DNA from: Eledone cirrhosa
Taxonomy: Eukaryota
Length of the DNA: 64,000 nucleotides
Assembly: GCA_964016885.1 (NCBI GenBank)
Contig: OZ024743.1
Location: 365,242,001-365,306,000, forward strand
Direction: 5' to 3'
Made by a program: the position numbers and the translations under genes. Each line of letters opens with the position of its first letter. Position 1 is the stretch's first letter. Below, piece after piece: positions 61,835-64,000 of the stretch. The notes beneath the pieces are model-generated. The model was not told the DNA's origin, made no database searches, and worked only from the letters and a program-made list of their open reading frames with translations.

Positions 61835-63190
61835 CATCATCATCAGGTCGAGTTTGCTCGGCTTTCTACGACACGTTTCCTCCATCCATCTCTGTCTCTC
61901 ATAGCGTTTGCCAGTTCTTCCGCAGTGCATCCAGTATCGTCCTCAAGTTGCTTGACGTATGTCTTCTTGGGACGACCAGCGTTTCTTGTTTCATGAGATG
62001 GACTCCATAACAACACATAACCTGCTATTTCTTCCTTGCTGCGCCAACAGTGGCCAGCAAATCTGAGTCTCTGTCCACGTGTTGACCTGCTGATAGGTGC
62101 TATATTGCCATAGAGATCCTTATTTGTTGGGTGTTCCCTCTAAGACACGTTTAAAGCAGCACGGAGCATACGTGTGTAATAACCGTCTAGCTTTTTCTCC
62201 AGTTTCGACGTTAGCGTCCAAGTGATAGAGCCATAAACAAGCACAGATTCCACAGCAGCTCTGAAGAAATTCCTTTTCAGTTTGGCCGGCAGCTTTGATT
62301 TCCATATTTTTTCCATTGTATTCAATGCTCCTCAGGCTTTTCTCAGTCTGATGTTAACATCATGTTCCGTGGAGGCGATATAGCTACCCAGGTATTTGAA
62401 GTCGTCAACTTGCTTGATTATATCGCCGTTTAGACTTCGCATACCAACTGAGGAGTCTTGGTTCAGGCAAATATATTGTTTTGCCTGCGTTGACATAGAG
62501 TCCGATTTCCCTTGCAACTGATTCGATGCTGTGAAGTAGTGATGTTGCATCCTTAAGGTACAGTAGTCAACGAGGACCGCTAAATCATCCGCATAGTCAG
62601 CATCAGTGATTTTCTGAGCTGCATGGTGTCTACACTTTCGCTTTGTGAAAGTAAAACCAAGCTCTAAGTTTTCGTCCAGGGCTTTTCTCAATAGATAGTC
62701 GAGGCAGATGATAAAAATATATGGTGCAAGAGTATCCACTTGGAGTACTCCTGCAATGATGTCAAAGAAGTTGGTATCTCCATCAGGTGAGCGCACTATT
62801 GCGCGGGTGTGTTTATATAACACCATGATGGCATTTACTGTTTCCTTTGGCAAGCCGTAGGCTAGAAGTATCTCTCTCATCCTCCCACGATGGATAGAAT
62901 CGAATGCTTTTGAAAGTCAATAAACAGGAGAGTTGCTGGGAGGTTTTTGGCTTTTACGCCTTCCAAGATACGCCGAATAGTAAGTATTTGCCCTGATGTT
63001 GATCTGTTGGTGCGGAAGCCCTTTTGGTTTTTTCTCAGCAAGGGGTCAATGACAGGTCTTATTCTGTCAAGCAACATGAGATTGTATATCTTTGCAGCAA
63101 TTGCCATTAGTGTTATGCCACGGTAGTTTTTAGCCATTCCAAGATCGCCCTTGTGGAAAAGGGAGTATACATCCCTCCAGCATTTACTAC
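61835..63190 (-). mobile_element. 5'-truncated RTE-like LINE
   Basis: NYRGITL, NQKGFR, FIDF, GVLQ.DTLAP, DYADDL, FKYLGS; (GAT)n-type tail at ~61835. Confidence 0.88.
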
Positions 63191-63191
63191 A

Positions 63192-63650
63192 CTAGCAGAA
63201 AAACCACCTTTCGGGTGGTTTTCTGCTAGCATGTGTAGTGTGCATATTGATATTATACGCAAATATTTATGCATGTTGATATGATATATCAAATAAAATC
63301 GTAATTGACAATATCCACAGAAATTGAACAAAGTCTGTGTTACACTCTCTTCTGCAATCAGTAAAGTAATCCATGAGACATTTAAAAAAGACGATATTAT
63401 ATATAAACTGCATTAGGAGAAAATTAGCGACGGAAATATATGCGATGTTTTTATAAGTGTTATAATATAACCGGAAGTGTTGACATTTGAAAATTTTAAA
63501 GAAGTGAATATTTAAATAAGCAATAAAATATATTTAATCAAGAGTTACAAAATTTACTTATTCAAAGTAATCCAACTTATTTTACAAACGGGGTAAAAAA
63601 AAATATATTCTGGACGCAGTGCCGCACTCCTTTCTTTATTATAGTTAAGA
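63192..63650 (-). mobile_element. Non-autonomous Helitron
   Basis: Minus strand A|TCTTAACTATAATAAAG ... ACCACC cgaa aGGTGGT hairpin ... CTAG|T; no TSD. Confidence 0.78.
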
Positions 63651-64000
63651 TATGTTCTGCACACTATCCTTACATATATCTAGATGTTTGAATCGAAAAT
63701 GTCTGTTGAATTCGCAATTGCTTGTGTACCTCCCCCCCCATAAACATACTTCTACATACACACACCCACACCCACACATTTACATACACACAAACACATG
63801 TACCCACATATTTACACACACATACACACACATCTACATACACACAAACACATGTACGCACACATTTACATACACACACATACAATAAGCTTCTACATAG
63901 TTTTCGTTTCACAAATCAATGGTCAACGCGAGAAAATAGATGAAGATACGTGCCTAACGCATCACTTAATGCTACTAAACCTGAAAACCCGTGGTTTCCA

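Overview
AT-rich, repeat-saturated animal DNA, probably from an octopus (inferred from a tRNA-type SINE family, very long microsatellites and the transposon mix). I found no convincing host exon. Contents: (1) an ~11 kb 28/31-bp minisatellite followed by a ~3.2 kb 24-bp minisatellite; (2) four Tx1/L1-type LINE copies and three R4/Dong-type (restriction-like endonuclease) LINE 3' fragments, mostly stacked in (ATT)n or (TAG)n tracts; (3) two RTE-like LINE fragments; (4) at least four Penelope-like element (PLE) coding remnants plus many pseudo-LTR (pLTR) pieces; (5) two non-autonomous Helitrons; (6) many SINEs. The most striking signal is non-coding. About a dozen well-formed type I hammerhead ribozyme (HHR) motifs from ~8 sequence-unrelated families are readable by eye, plus several decayed ones. 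They include retrozyme-like tandem units (~500 bp and 316 bp), a U3-A8 covariant core, CCGAUGA and CUGAAUGA core variants, and two HHRs with ~100-nt structured domain II insertions. Fold-back palindromes recur, often near these elements. All ribozyme calls are manual folds; activity is untested.
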